This document shows, in pieces, positions 39,812 to 51,319 of a stretch of DNA of 64,000 nt (positions are counted from its first letter, which is position 1; every line of letters starts with the position of its first letter). Origin of the DNA: an uncultured Gemmatimonadales bacterium (GTDB lineage Bacteria; Gemmatimonadota; Gemmatimonadetes; Gemmatimonadales; GWC2-71-9); the NCBI GenBank assembly GCA_963779755.1, contig CAVZZO010000001.1, positions 1,216,001 to 1,280,000 of the forward strand, written 5' to 3'. A program made the translations under genes and the position numbers. Under the pieces are notes generated by a model. It did not search any database. It was not told where the DNA came from and saw nothing but the letters and a program-made list of their open reading frames with translations.

Positions 39812-40846
39812 ATGGTGACGTCAGCGCCGCAATCTACCCTGCACCTCCGGCGGCTACCAGCCTTCCTTCCGCTCATCCTGCTGCTCTCCGTGCTGCCGCA
39901 TTCGCTGCGGGCACAGGAACGCGCGCGGCTGAACCGGGACATCCCGTTCCGCAAGGCGCCCGACGAGGTCGTGCTCGGCACCCTGATGAACGGCACCGCG
40001 GTGCGGGTTGCTTCCACCCGGGGCGACTGGGCGCAGGTGCGGCTCGAGGGTGTCATCTGGGCCCGTTCGGTCGGCAATGCGCGGCGTGACGGGTTCGATG
40101 TCGTCGTCAGGGCGGACCGGGAAAACGTGCGCTCCGAGCCGAACGGCCGGATCCTGGCTCGAGTGGTCAAGGGCGCCCTGCTGAAGACGACGGCGTCGGC
40201 CCGGGGAGGATGGGTAGCGGTGCAGCGCGACGTCTGGGTGCCGCGGTCGGCCCTGGGCGGCGGGGCAGCCGCGGCACAGGCCGGCGGCCCCGATGCCACC
40301 GCCTCCGCGCCCCCGGTCTCGTCCGCGCCTGCCGCCGACCAGGTGGTGATGGCCGGGAGGGCCGGCATGTTCCGCGCGCCAGGCGGCGACTCGGCCGGCG
40401 CGCTGGATCAGGGCGTCCGGGCCCGGGTGGTGGCACGGTCCGGGGAATGGACCCGGATTCAGCTCGAGGCCTGGGTGCGCAGCAGCGACGTCCATCCGGC
40501 CGAAGACAGCTCCGCGCTGCACGGCGTCTCCGCGGCCGAGGTGCGGGCGGCGCCCAGCCGCTACGTGGGCCGCACGGTCGACTGGCGGGTACAGTTCCTG
40601 GCCGTGCAGCGCGCCGACGAGCTCCGGCCCGAGATCCCCGCCGGGCAGCCCTACCTGCTCACCCGCGGCCCCCTGCCGGAATCGGGATTCGTGTACATCA
40701 TGATCCCGGAGGACCAGGTCGACCGCTTCCAGCGGCTGCAGCCGCTGCAGGAGCTGAACGTGCGCGGGGTGATCCGCTCCGCGGCCACCCGCTACCTCCC
40801 CAACCCGGTGCTGGAGCTGGTGGCGCTACTGCCGAATGGCGGCTGA
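39812..40846 (+). CDS. Secreted protein with SH3b-like repeats and a possible C-terminal OB fold
   Basis: Signal peptide; three segments containing G.W..V/I; P..Y.G..V motif in the C-terminal domain. Confidence 0.6.
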   Translation: MVTSAPQSTLHLRRLPAFLPLILLLSVLPHSLRAQERARLNRDIPFRKAPDEVVLGTLMNGTAVRVASTRGDWAQVRLEGVIWARSVGNARRDGFDVVVRADRENVRSEPNGRILARVVKGALLKTTASARGGWVAVQRDVWVPRSALGGGAAAAQAGGPDATASAPPVSSAPAADQVVMAGRAGMFRAPGGDSAGALDQGVRARVVARSGEWTRIQLEAWVRSSDVHPAEDSSALHGVSAAEVRAAPSRYVGRTVDWRVQFLAVQRADELRPEIPAGQPYLLTRGPLPESGFVYIMIPEDQVDRFQRLQPLQELNVRGVIRSAATRYLPNPVLELVALLPNGG

Positions 40847-40918
40847 TGAGGCCGCCGGGTGGCGCCATGCCTCAACTGGCGCCAGATTCTCGGGGACCAT
40901 TCCGGCCGGCGGGATCCG

Positions 40919-41305
40919 ATGAACGACCTCCTGAAACAGCGCATTCTCCGCAAACTCGAAGCTCTGGGCGACGAGCGCGGTTACCAGATCCTGGACTATC
41001 TCGAATTCCTGGAGAGCAAGTACGCCGAGCGCTCCAGCCCGAGCAATATCTTCGCCCGTCTCACCGAAACGGTCGAAGACACCATGCGCGCCGGGAAGCT
41101 GCCCCTCCAGGCTATCAGCGGCACAATGACCATCATGGATTCGGCGGGAAAGCTCATGAAAGGGCTTACCGCCGCGGGCCGGGCGGTGGTGGAGGAGGCG
41201 GTGAAGGCGGCGGAGGGCGAGCGGCCGGGGCAGACGCTTGCGCCCCGGCCCCAGCCCCCCGGAGGCCCCTCCCCCCGGCCCGGCGCCACGGGAGACAAGG
41301 TCTAG
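40919..41305 (+). CDS. Hypothetical protein (DUF2281-like N-terminus)
   Basis: KLE.L....GYQILDYLEFLESKY; typical codon usage; upstream of guaB. Confidence 0.6.
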   Translation: MNDLLKQRILRKLEALGDERGYQILDYLEFLESKYAERSSPSNIFARLTETVEDTMRAGKLPLQAISGTMTIMDSAGKLMKGLTAAGRAVVEEAVKAAEGERPGQTLAPRPQPPGGPSPRPGATGDKV

Positions 41306-41360
41306 CGGGGCCACCACTTGTCCCTTGTCCCGGGTGCCTGGTCCCTTTAGAGTTGTCTGA

Positions 41361-42914
<1,554 letters not shown>

Positions 42915-43020
42915 TCCCCGTTTCCGGTTGCCGGCCTCCGGGTGCCGTGCCGGGGGCCGGTACTCCGCGGGCCGGAGCGCCGCGGCCGGAGACTGACGAC
43001 CTCTTCTTCCGGAGACTCAC

Positions 43021-44607
43021 GTGTCCGAGAATCGCGAACGTTGGGGGTCCCGCGTCGGGTTGATTCTGGCCATGGCCGGCAACGCCGTCGGCCTGGGCAA
43101 CTTCCTGCGCTTTCCCCGCCAGGCGGTGGAGAACGGCGGCGGGACTTTCATGATCCCCTATTTCATTGCCTTCCTGCTGCTGGGCATCCCGCTCATGTGG
43201 GTGGAATGGGGCCTGGGGCGGCACGGGGGGCAGCACGGCGAGGGGAGCACGCCGGGGATGTTCGAGGCCCTGTGGAAGAACCCGGTGGCCAAGTATCTCG
43301 GCGTGCTGGGCATCTTCATGCCGCTGGTGGTGCTCATCTATTACTGCTACATCGAATCGTGGACGCTGGCCTGGACGTTTTTCTCGCTGAACGGTGCCAC
43401 CCGGGGGCTGGACGAGGCCGGCATGCGGACCTTCCTCTCCTCCTACCAGAACCTGGGCAACGGCACGGTCCACGGGTTCTGGGTGCCCTTCGTGTTCTTC
43501 GCCATCACCATCGTGGTGAACTTCGCCGTGGTGATCAAGGGCCTCTCGGGCGGCATCGAAAAGCTGGCCAAGATCGGCATGCCGATCCTCTTCGTGTTCG
43601 CCGCGCTGCTGGTGGTGCGGGTGCTGACGCTGGATCCGCACCCCGTCACCACCATCGTGAACGGCGTGGCGGTCACGAAGAACTTCTCGCCCTGGGACGG
43701 GCTCAACTTCATGTACACCCCGGACTGGTCCAAGCTGAACCAGCCCAAGGTCTGGCTGGCCGCCGCGGGGCAGATCTTTTTCACGCTGTCGGTGGGCATG
43801 GGGACGCTGCAGGCCTACGCTTCCTACCTGCGCAAGGATGATGACATCGCTCTCTCGGGGCTCGCCACCTGCGCCACCAACGAGACGGCCGAAGTCGTGC
43901 TGGGCGGCTCCCTGGCCATTCCGGCCGTGGTCACCTTCTTCGGCGTGACCGGCGCGATCGCGATTTCCAGGGCCGGCGGGTACGATCTTGGCTTTGTCGC
44001 CATGCCGCTGGTGTTCAACCAACTGCCGGGCGGCCAGCTGGTGCAGACGCTGGCGGGCGTGATGTGGTTCGGCCTGCTCTTCTTTGCCGGGATCACGTCG
44101 TCGGTGGCCATGGCCACGCCAACTCTTTCCTTCATGCAGGAACACTTCGGCTGGACCCGCCGGAAATCGGGGCTGGTGATCGGCGGGATCGTGGTGCTGC
44201 TGGGCCTCTGCCATATCATCTGGTACACCGGCGGCTTCCTCGATGAGTGGGATTACTGGGCCGGCACCTTCGGGCTGGTCATCCTCGCCCTGGTCGAGAC
44301 CATCATCTTCGTCTGGGTGTTCGGGCCGTCCAACGCCTGGCGGGAGCTGCACCAAGGCGCGTCCATGCGCATCCCCGGCATCTTCAAGTTCATCATGACC
44401 TGGGTGACGCCGGTCTTCCTCCTGGTCATGATGATCTGGTGGACGGTGCAGGATGCCATCCCCGTCCTGCTCATGGCGGGCAAGCCGGCGGCCGAGATGC
44501 CGGTCCGCTGGGCCTCGCGGGGCGTCATGCTCGGGATCATGCTGGTGCAACTCTGGCTCATTCGCGCGGCCTGGCAACGGCGCCGCGCGGCGGGAGGTGC
44601 TTCATGA
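43021..44607 (+). CDS. Sodium-dependent transporter, NSS (LeuT-like) family
   Basis: RERWGSR.G.ILAMAGNAVGLGNFLRFP..NGGG.F.IPY, GQIFFTLS, FAGITSS. Confidence 0.95.
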   Translation: MSENRERWGSRVGLILAMAGNAVGLGNFLRFPRQAVENGGGTFMIPYFIAFLLLGIPLMWVEWGLGRHGGQHGEGSTPGMFEALWKNPVAKYLGVLGIFMPLVVLIYYCYIESWTLAWTFFSLNGATRGLDEAGMRTFLSSYQNLGNGTVHGFWVPFVFFAITIVVNFAVVIKGLSGGIEKLAKIGMPILFVFAALLVVRVLTLDPHPVTTIVNGVAVTKNFSPWDGLNFMYTPDWSKLNQPKVWLAAAGQIFFTLSVGMGTLQAYASYLRKDDDIALSGLATCATNETAEVVLGGSLAIPAVVTFFGVTGAIAISRAGGYDLGFVAMPLVFNQLPGGQLVQTLAGVMWFGLLFFAGITSSVAMATPTLSFMQEHFGWTRRKSGLVIGGIVVLLGLCHIIWYTGGFLDEWDYWAGTFGLVILALVETIIFVWVFGPSNAWRELHQGASMRIPGIFKFIMTWVTPVFLLVMMIWWTVQDAIPVLLMAGKPAAEMPVRWASRGVMLGIMLVQLWLIRAAWQRRRAAGGAS

Positions 44608-44738
44608 ATACCGGCGCGCTGATCTTCATGCTGGTGACCTGGACGGTCGTGCTCAGCCTGCTGGGCTGGTCGTTCTACCGTCTGATGAAAACCGATCCCA
44701 GCAAGGAAGCGGCACCGCCGCCGGGCACGAGTCTCTGA
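44604..44738 (+). CDS. Small single-TM protein, MetS-like NSS small subunit candidate (44 aa)
   Basis: MNTGALIFMLVTWTVVLSLLGWSFYRLM...; GGAGG SD; ATGA overlap with the NSS stop. Confidence 0.75.
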   Translation: MNTGALIFMLVTWTVVLSLLGWSFYRLMKTDPSKEAAPPPGTSL

Positions 44739-44749
44739 GTTCCGCCGGA

Positions 44750-44835
44750 CCTCGACTCTCTCGACCCTCTCGACTCCCCCGACCTCTTCAGACCGGTCGA
44801 GAGAGGTCGAGGGGGTCGGGATGGTCGAGGTCGAG
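44750..44835. repeat. TCGACCCTC nonamer repeats with inverted GAGGGTCGA arm
   Basis: Same family at 14190-14227, 48729-48798, 51232-51296, 57271-57343. Confidence 0.85.
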
Positions 44836-44861
44836 CCTGACCCACTCCACGAGGGGACCCC

Positions 44862-46361
44862 ATGCACCTGTTCCGGCGCAAGAGCATCAGCGGCCTGCAG
44901 GCGGAGGCGGCGAGCACCAGCGAGCTGAAACGGGCGCTCAACGCCTTGAATCTCACCACCCTGGGCATCGGGGCAATTATCGGCGCCGGCATCTTCGTGC
45001 TGACGGGCCAGGCGGCGGCGCAGTACGCCGGGCCCGCGATCGTCTTCTCGTTCATCCTGGCCGGTCTGGCCTGCACCTTCGCGGGCCTCTGCTACGCCGA
45101 GTTCGCCGCCATGATTCCCATCGCGGGCTCGGCCTACACCTACGGCTACGCGACCCTGGGTGAGCTCATCGCCTGGATCATCGGCTGGGATCTCATTCTG
45201 GAGTACCTGTTCGCCGCTTCTACGGTGGCGGTGGGCTGGTCCGGCTACGTGGTGTCCCTGCTCAACGACATGGGCATCCACATTCCGCCGGCCTTCACCA
45301 GCGCCCCCTTCGTGCACCACGCCCCGGCCGATGCCGGGCTCAATGTCTGGCGCCTCTTCACCGAGGGGTGGACCCGGACTGGGGCCGTGGTCAATCTCCC
45401 AGCCATGGTGATCGTCGTGCTGGTGACGATCCTGCTGGTGGTCGGCATTCGCGAGTCGGCCAACCTCAACAACATCATCGTGTTCGTAAAGCTGGCGGTG
45501 ATCCTGGCATTCATCGCCGCCGGCGTTACCTACATCAATCACGCCAACTGGACCCCGTTCGTGCCGCCGGAGCAGAGCCCCGGCCATTTCGGCTGGAGCG
45601 GCATCGTCCGCGGGGCGGGGGTGATCTTCTTCGCCTACATCGGGTTCGACGCTGTCAGTACGGCGGCGCAGGAGACGCGAAACCCCCAACGCGACATGCC
45701 GATCGGCATCCTCGCGTCGCTCGCGATCTGCACCGTGCTCTACATCGCGGTATCGCTGGTCCTCACCGGCATCGTGCACTACACCAAACTCAACGTTCCC
45801 GATCCGATTGCGGTCGGCATCAACGCGCTGGGGCCCAGCCTCGCCTGGTTGCGGCCCATCGTGAAGATCGGCGCCATCGCCGGCCTCTCCTCGGTGATCC
45901 TGGTGATGCTGCTGGGGCAGCCGCGCATCTTCTACACCATGGCCAAGGACGGCCTGCTGCCGCCCGTCTTCAGCCGGGTCCACCCGCGGTTCAAGACTCC
46001 CTGGGTCGCCAGCGTGCTGACCGGCCTCTTCGCCATGGCCTTCGGTGGCCTGCTGCCGATCGGTCTCCTGGGCGAGCTGGTGTCGATCGGGACCCTGCTG
46101 GCCTTCCTGATCGTCTGCGCCGGCGTCCTGGTGCTGCGTTACACCGATCCCGGCCGCGAACGGCCCTTCCGGACCCCGCTGGTGCCCCTGGTTCCCGTCC
46201 TCGGCATCCTGGCCTGCGGGTATCTGATGTTCGGCCTGCCGGTGGATACCTGGGCGCGGCTCGTGGTCTGGATGGTCATCGGCCTGGCGATCTACGCATT
46301 CTACGGATACCGGCATTCCCGGCTGGCGCGCCAGCGGTCCGGAGACGAATCTCCCGCCTGA
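44862..46361 (+). CDS. APC-family amino acid permease
   Basis: LGIGAIIGAGIFV, CYAEFA..IP.AGSAY.Y, FFAYIGFD, PRIFY.MA.DGLLP. Confidence 0.95.
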   Translation: MHLFRRKSISGLQAEAASTSELKRALNALNLTTLGIGAIIGAGIFVLTGQAAAQYAGPAIVFSFILAGLACTFAGLCYAEFAAMIPIAGSAYTYGYATLGELIAWIIGWDLILEYLFAASTVAVGWSGYVVSLLNDMGIHIPPAFTSAPFVHHAPADAGLNVWRLFTEGWTRTGAVVNLPAMVIVVLVTILLVVGIRESANLNNIIVFVKLAVILAFIAAGVTYINHANWTPFVPPEQSPGHFGWSGIVRGAGVIFFAYIGFDAVSTAAQETRNPQRDMPIGILASLAICTVLYIAVSLVLTGIVHYTKLNVPDPIAVGINALGPSLAWLRPIVKIGAIAGLSSVILVMLLGQPRIFYTMAKDGLLPPVFSRVHPRFKTPWVASVLTGLFAMAFGGLLPIGLLGELVSIGTLLAFLIVCAGVLVLRYTDPGRERPFRTPLVPLVPVLGILACGYLMFGLPVDTWARLVVWMVIGLAIYAFYGYRHSRLARQRSGDESPA

Positions 46362-46399
46362 CAGTTGGGCCCGCCCGCGGGCCGGTGTAATTTGCGGCC

Positions 46400-47446
46400 A
46401 TGAGCACGACGTTGTCTCCCGAAAAGGCCGCCGCCGGACGGCGGTTCGCGGCGGCGCTGCACCCCGGCATGCGGGTGTGCCTCACCACCCACGTGAATCC
46501 CGATGGCGACGGCCTCGGCAGCGAGGCCGGGCTGGCTCACCTGCTCCAGAATCACGGGCTCGCCGTCTCGATTACCAACCCCACCCCGACCCCGCCCCGG
46601 TTCCGGTTTCTGTTCAGCGACCTGCCCGGCGTGGACCGGACCGATCGCGCCGTCAAGGAAATCCGCCAGGCCGACCTGATCATCGTCCTGGACATCGGCG
46701 AGCTGGGCCGGCTGGGCAGTCTGGGGGCGGCGGTGCGCGAGCGCGGCGTCCCGGTGGGTTGCATCGACCACCACGTGAGCCGGGGAGAGTTGCCCGACGG
46801 CCCCCGCTATGTGGATACCGCCGCGTCGGCCACCGGCGAGCTGGTCTACGAATTCGCCCTGGCCAACGGCTGGCATCTGGACCAGCCCATCGCCCGGGCA
46901 CTGTACGTCGCCATTCTCACCGATACCGGCGGCTTCCGCTTCAGCAATACCTACCCCCATACCCTGCGGACCGCGGCCGCGCTGCTGGAAAACGGCCTCG
47001 ATCCGGAAGCGATCTACCTGGACGTCTACGCCAACGCCCCCGAGGGGCGAGCCCGGCTGCTGGCGGAATCGCTGCAGACCCTGGTGGTCGAGCCGGACCA
47101 CGGGATTGCCTGGGTCACCGTGCCGCCCGGCGCGCTGGAGCGGCATTCGGTTACTGCCGACGACCTGGACGGGGTCATCGAATACGCCCGCTCCATCGCC
47201 GGCGTCCGCATGGCGCTGCTGTTCCGCGAGCTGGCCAACGGCCGGACCAAGATTTCGCTCCGTTCCGTCGGGGATGTCGATGTGGCCGCGTTCGCGCAGC
47301 CCTTCGGGGGCGGCGGCCACCGCAAGGCCGCGGGCATCTCGGTGGACGGATCGCTGGCCGAAGCGCAGCTCCGCGTGCTGGCCGCCGCGCGGGCATATCT
47401 GGCCAACGGGGCGGGGCGGAAGCCCGAGGAAAGAGAAAAGGACTGA
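46400..47446 (+). CDS. nrnA: DHH/DHHA1 bifunctional oligoribonuclease/PAP phosphatase
   Basis: H.NPDGD, DHH, TDTGGF, SLRS, GGGGH..AAG. Confidence 0.9.
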   Translation: MSTTLSPEKAAAGRRFAAALHPGMRVCLTTHVNPDGDGLGSEAGLAHLLQNHGLAVSITNPTPTPPRFRFLFSDLPGVDRTDRAVKEIRQADLIIVLDIGELGRLGSLGAAVRERGVPVGCIDHHVSRGELPDGPRYVDTAASATGELVYEFALANGWHLDQPIARALYVAILTDTGGFRFSNTYPHTLRTAAALLENGLDPEAIYLDVYANAPEGRARLLAESLQTLVVEPDHGIAWVTVPPGALERHSVTADDLDGVIEYARSIAGVRMALLFRELANGRTKISLRSVGDVDVAAFAQPFGGGGHRKAAGISVDGSLAEAQLRVLAAARAYLANGAGRKPEEREKD

Positions 47447-47467
47447 GGACTGAGGACTGAGGACTCA
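47439..47467. repeat. GAGGACT heptamer repeats at the nrnA stop
   Basis: aggactgaggactgaggactgaggactca; supplies the TGA stop codon. Confidence 0.85.
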
Positions 47468-47599
47468 GCGAGCCCGAAGCCGGTGCCTCCCGCAGCGCGC
47501 GCCGGTGCCATCGGAAAATGAACGGAGCTTTCTCCGGGACCGCACTCCAGCGCGCGGAGGGAGGTTCGACGAGGGCGAGCGATAAAAGGACTGAACCGA

Positions 47600-48703
47600 A
47601 TGACCGACACACTGCAATCCCGTATCGCCGCCGCGCTCATGCGGGTCACCCATCCGGGCCTGGAGAACGACCTCCTCTCCGCCGGCATGGTACGGGACCT
47701 CGAGGCGAGGAACGACGGCCGGGTGACCTTCACCTTTCTGCTGGGCAAGGACGATCCGGCCGTGCTGGTCCGGAAGGCCCGGCTGGCCGTCCGGGAGGTC
47801 GATGGCGTCACCGAGGTCAAGATCAACGTGAAAGACCCGGCCGCCGGCACCGCCCGGCCGGCGCCGGGCCAGACCCAGGGCGCCGCGGGCATGGTGCCCC
47901 CGCCGCCGACCCCGCAGGATTTTCCCAACCTGGGCCGGATCATCGCCGTCTCTTCCGGCAAGGGCGGGGTGGGGAAGTCCACCGTGGCCGCCAACCTGGC
48001 GGTGGCGCTGGCCCAGGCCGGGCAGCGCGTGGGCCTCATGGATGCCGACATCTACGGGCCCAATATTCCCCGCATGTTCGGCGTGTTCGAGAAGCCTCCG
48101 GTGATGGGAGGCAAGATCCAGCCGCTCTCCGCCTGGGGCGTCAAGCTGATGTCGCTGGGCTTTCTGATCGACCGCGACGCGCCCGCCATCTGGCGCGGCC
48201 CTATCATCATGAAGATCGTCCACCAGTTCCTGCGGGACGTCGAGTGGGGCGAGCTGGACTGGTTCCTGGTCGACCTGCCGCCGGGGACCGGCGACGCTCA
48301 GCTTTCGCTGGTGCAGGCCTGCAAGGTGGCCGGCGCGATCATCGTAACCACGCCGCAGGAGGTCGCCGTGGGCGACGCGCTGCGCGGGGCGCGCATGTTC
48401 GAGAAGGTAAACGTCCCCGTGCTGGGGGTGGTGGAGAACATGAGCGGGTTCATCTGCCCGCACTGCGGCGAACGGCACGAGCTCTTCGGCACCGGCGGCG
48501 GCCAGCGGCTGGCCGACGAAGTAAACGTCCCCCTGCTGGGGCGGATTCCCCTGCAGGCCGGCGTCGCGGACGAGGCCGACGTGGGCAAGCCTGTCCTGGT
48601 GGCTCAGCCCGACAGCCCGGCGGCAGGCGCGCTGCGTGAGCTGGCCGAAACGCTGCGGCGCAGCGCCGGACGGAAGGTGTCGCTGCCGATCGTGACCGGC
48701 TGA
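47600..48703 (+). CDS. mrp: Mrp/NBP35 (ApbC) Fe-S cluster carrier ATPase
   Basis: SGKGGVGKST, DADIYGP, WRGP, DLPPGTGD, VTTPQ, ENMS...CPHCG. Confidence 0.95.
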   Translation: MTDTLQSRIAAALMRVTHPGLENDLLSAGMVRDLEARNDGRVTFTFLLGKDDPAVLVRKARLAVREVDGVTEVKINVKDPAAGTARPAPGQTQGAAGMVPPPPTPQDFPNLGRIIAVSSGKGGVGKSTVAANLAVALAQAGQRVGLMDADIYGPNIPRMFGVFEKPPVMGGKIQPLSAWGVKLMSLGFLIDRDAPAIWRGPIIMKIVHQFLRDVEWGELDWFLVDLPPGTGDAQLSLVQACKVAGAIIVTTPQEVAVGDALRGARMFEKVNVPVLGVVENMSGFICPHCGERHELFGTGGGQRLADEVNVPLLGRIPLQAGVADEADVGKPVLVAQPDSPAAGALRELAETLRRSAGRKVSLPIVTG

Positions 48704-48728
48704 AGTCCGCACGTCGAAGGTCCCGGCA

Positions 48729-48798
48729 CCTCGACCCTCTCGACTGTTTCGACCCCCTCGACCTCACTGAATGGTCGAGAAGGTCGAGGAGGTCGAGG
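48729..48798. repeat. TCGACCCTC-family nonamer inverted repeat element
   Basis: ctcgaccctctcgactgtttcgaccccctcgacc...ggtcgagaaggtcgaggaggtcgagg. Confidence 0.8.
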
Positions 48799-48826
48799 CA
48801 GGCACCCATCTTATCGACCGGATCCC

Positions 48827-49822
48827 ATGCCACGTACTGAGTTCATCAGCACCGGCTTTCACGTCCCCGAGCGGGTCGTGACCAACGAGCAGCTGACACA
48901 GTGGTGGGATACCTCGGACCAGTGGATCCGGGAGCGCAGCGGTATCGAGGAGCGCCACTGGGCCGCGGCCGGCGAGGCGGGCTCCGACCTGGCGCTGGTG
49001 GCGGCGCGGAAGGCCCTGGATGCCGCCGGCCTCGCCCCCTCCGACCTCGACTGCATCGTCTACGCCACGCTCAGCCCGGATTACTTCTTTCCCGGCGGCG
49101 GCGTCTTCCTGCAGCGCAAGCTGGGCATTCCGGGCGTGCCCGCCCTGGATATCCGCAACCAGTGCACCGGCTTTCTCTACGGCCTCTCGGTGGCCGACGC
49201 CTGGATCCGCTCGGGCCAGTACCGCCGGATTCTGCTGGTCGGCGCCGAGGTACACTCCACCGGACTCGATTTCGGGCCCGCGGGGCGCGATATCGGCGTG
49301 CTCTTCGGCGACGGGGCCGGAGCGGTGATTCTGGGGCCCACGGACGACGCTGCCCGCGGAGTACTCTCCACGCATCTGTACGCGGACGGGCGCTTTGCCG
49401 AGCAGCTCTGGTGCGAGACCGGCGCCAGCGCCAACAACCCGCGGATCAGCCATGACGATCTCGACGCCGGCAAACAGTATCCCCACATGCAGGGGCGGGA
49501 AGTCTTCAAGCACGCCACCACCCGGATGCCGGAAAGCGTGCGGGAAGCGCTCGGGGCCAACGGCCTCGAGGTGAAAGACGTGAATCTGCTCATCGCCCAC
49601 CAGGCCAACCTGCGGATCAACGAGATGGTCCAGCGCCACCTCGGCCTGCGCGACGACCAGGTGTACAACAATATCCAGCGATTCGGGAACACCACCGCCG
49701 CCACCATTCCCATCGCCGTCGACGAATGCGTGCAGGGCGGCCGGCTGCAGCGCGGCGACGTGCTGGTCCTCACCGGCTTCGGCAGCGGCTTCACCTGGGG
49801 GAGCGCGGTTATCCGCTGGTGA
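48827..49822 (+). CDS. fabH: 3-oxoacyl-ACP synthase III
   Basis: W..ERSGI.ER, QCTGF, LFGDGAGA, HQANLRI, GNT.AA, FGSGFTWG. Confidence 0.92.
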   Translation: MPRTEFISTGFHVPERVVTNEQLTQWWDTSDQWIRERSGIEERHWAAAGEAGSDLALVAARKALDAAGLAPSDLDCIVYATLSPDYFFPGGGVFLQRKLGIPGVPALDIRNQCTGFLYGLSVADAWIRSGQYRRILLVGAEVHSTGLDFGPAGRDIGVLFGDGAGAVILGPTDDAARGVLSTHLYADGRFAEQLWCETGASANNPRISHDDLDAGKQYPHMQGREVFKHATTRMPESVREALGANGLEVKDVNLLIAHQANLRINEMVQRHLGLRDDQVYNNIQRFGNTTAATIPIAVDECVQGGRLQRGDVLVLTGFGSGFTWGSAVIRW

Positions 49823-49832
49823 GCGGCCCAGG

Positions 49833-51218
49833 TTGAGCCATCCCGGACTGCAGTCGGAGGCGGTCGATGCCGGCCCGCTCGCCGCGCTCGAGGGCGGGCC
49901 CGCGGGCTCCCTCCTTGCCGGACCCCTGCGCCCCGCCCTGATCCGCCTCGCCCTGCCGGCGGTGGGGACCACGCTGCTCCAGATCCTCTTCAATGTGGTG
50001 GACACGTTCTGGGTCGGCCGCACCCTGGGTGCCGCCGCCCTGGCCGGGGTCTCCACCGCCAGCTATGCCCTCTGGCTCACCGTGTCGCTGGGGGAGCTGG
50101 TCAGCGCCGGGCTGACCGCGTCCGCCTCCCGCCGACACGGCGAACGCAATCCCCGTGCGGCCGCGCGAGCCGCCGGTACCGCGCTGTGGCTGGCCGCGCT
50201 GCTGGGCGCCCTGGTGGCGCTGGCCGGTCTCTCCGGCTCGGCGGCGCTCTTCCGCGCCATGGGCACGTCGGCCGACGTGGCGCGGCTGGGCCGGTCGTTT
50301 CTGGATGTACAGCTGGCCGGAGCGGCGCTCATCTACGGCTATTTCGTGGTGGACGCCTCCTTCCGGGCGGCCGGCGATACCCGGACCCCGTTTCTGCTGC
50401 TGGCCGCCAGCGTGGCGCTCAACCTGGTACTCGATCCGATGATGATCCTGGGCTGGGGGCCGTTCCCCGCCCTGGGCGTTCACGGGGCGGCGCTGGCCAC
50501 TATCCTCACCCGCGGCGGCGCCCTGGTGGCGGGCCTCTGGCTGCTCCGCCGCCGGGGCGGCCTGCGCATCGCCTTCGAGCCGGGTACCGCCCGCAGCATG
50601 CTGCGCATCGGACTTCCCACCATGCTGGCCGGCGTGCTCTTCAGCGTGATCTACATGGTACTGGTCCGGGTGCTGCGGCCCTTCGGTACGCCGGCCCTGG
50701 CCGCCCTGGGCATCGGGCACAAGGTCGAGGGAGTGAGCTATATGGCGCTGGTGGGGATCGGGCTCGCCGCCGAGACGGTGGTGGGGCAGAACCTCGGTGC
50801 CGGGCAACCGGAACGGGCGCGCGCCGGCGGCTGGATCGCGACCGGACTGGGCGCCCTGGTGGGCCTGGCGGTGACGATCCCCTTCGTGCTGGCGCCCGGC
50901 CTCCTGGCCCGGATTTTCACGCATGACACGGCCGTGGTTCAGGCCGCGGCGGGTTACATCCGCGCGGTGGGCACCGTGCAGATCGTCATGGCCTTCGAGG
51001 TCGTGCTGGAGGCCGCCATGAGCGGGGCCGGGTACACGTTCTACCCCATGATCTGGATCGTCACCCTGAGCGGCCTGCGGATCCCGGCCGCGATATGGGC
51101 CGCGCCGCGCTACGGCCTCCGCGGGGTCTGGTGGGTGCTGGCGATTACCATGCTCCTGCGCGGGATCGCGCTGACGGTGCTGTGGGCCCGGGGGCGCTGG
51201 TCGAGAGCCCGAGCCTGA
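49833..51218 (+). CDS. MATE family efflux transporter
   Basis: VDT.WVG, RAAGDTRTP, NLVLDP, GV.GAALAT, GQNLGAG; 12 TM pattern. Confidence 0.92.
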   Translation: MSHPGLQSEAVDAGPLAALEGGPAGSLLAGPLRPALIRLALPAVGTTLLQILFNVVDTFWVGRTLGAAALAGVSTASYALWLTVSLGELVSAGLTASASRRHGERNPRAAARAAGTALWLAALLGALVALAGLSGSAALFRAMGTSADVARLGRSFLDVQLAGAALIYGYFVVDASFRAAGDTRTPFLLLAASVALNLVLDPMMILGWGPFPALGVHGAALATILTRGGALVAGLWLLRRRGGLRIAFEPGTARSMLRIGLPTMLAGVLFSVIYMVLVRVLRPFGTPALAALGIGHKVEGVSYMALVGIGLAAETVVGQNLGAGQPERARAGGWIATGLGALVGLAVTIPFVLAPGLLARIFTHDTAVVQAAAGYIRAVGTVQIVMAFEVVLEAAMSGAGYTFYPMIWIVTLSGLRIPAAIWAAPRYGLRGVWWVLAITMLLRGIALTVLWARGRWSRARA

Positions 51219-51231
51219 GGACCTGAGTCCT

Positions 51232-51296
51232 CTCTCGACCACCTTGACCCCCTCGACCTCCTTGACCGCCAGTGGCAGGTCGAGAGGGTCGAGGGG
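51232..51296. repeat. TCGACCCTC-family nonamer inverted repeat element
   Basis: ctcgaccaccttgaccccctcgacctccttgacc...ggtcgagagggtcgagggg. Confidence 0.75.
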
Positions 51297-51319
51297 CACC
51301 CTGCGCTATCTTTGGCTCC

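Noticed and set aside
47473..47575. SRP RNA or 6S RNA identity for the long hairpin
   Set aside because: No CAGG..GGAA..AGCAG SRP core on either strand, and too short for 6S; kept only as an unassigned structure.
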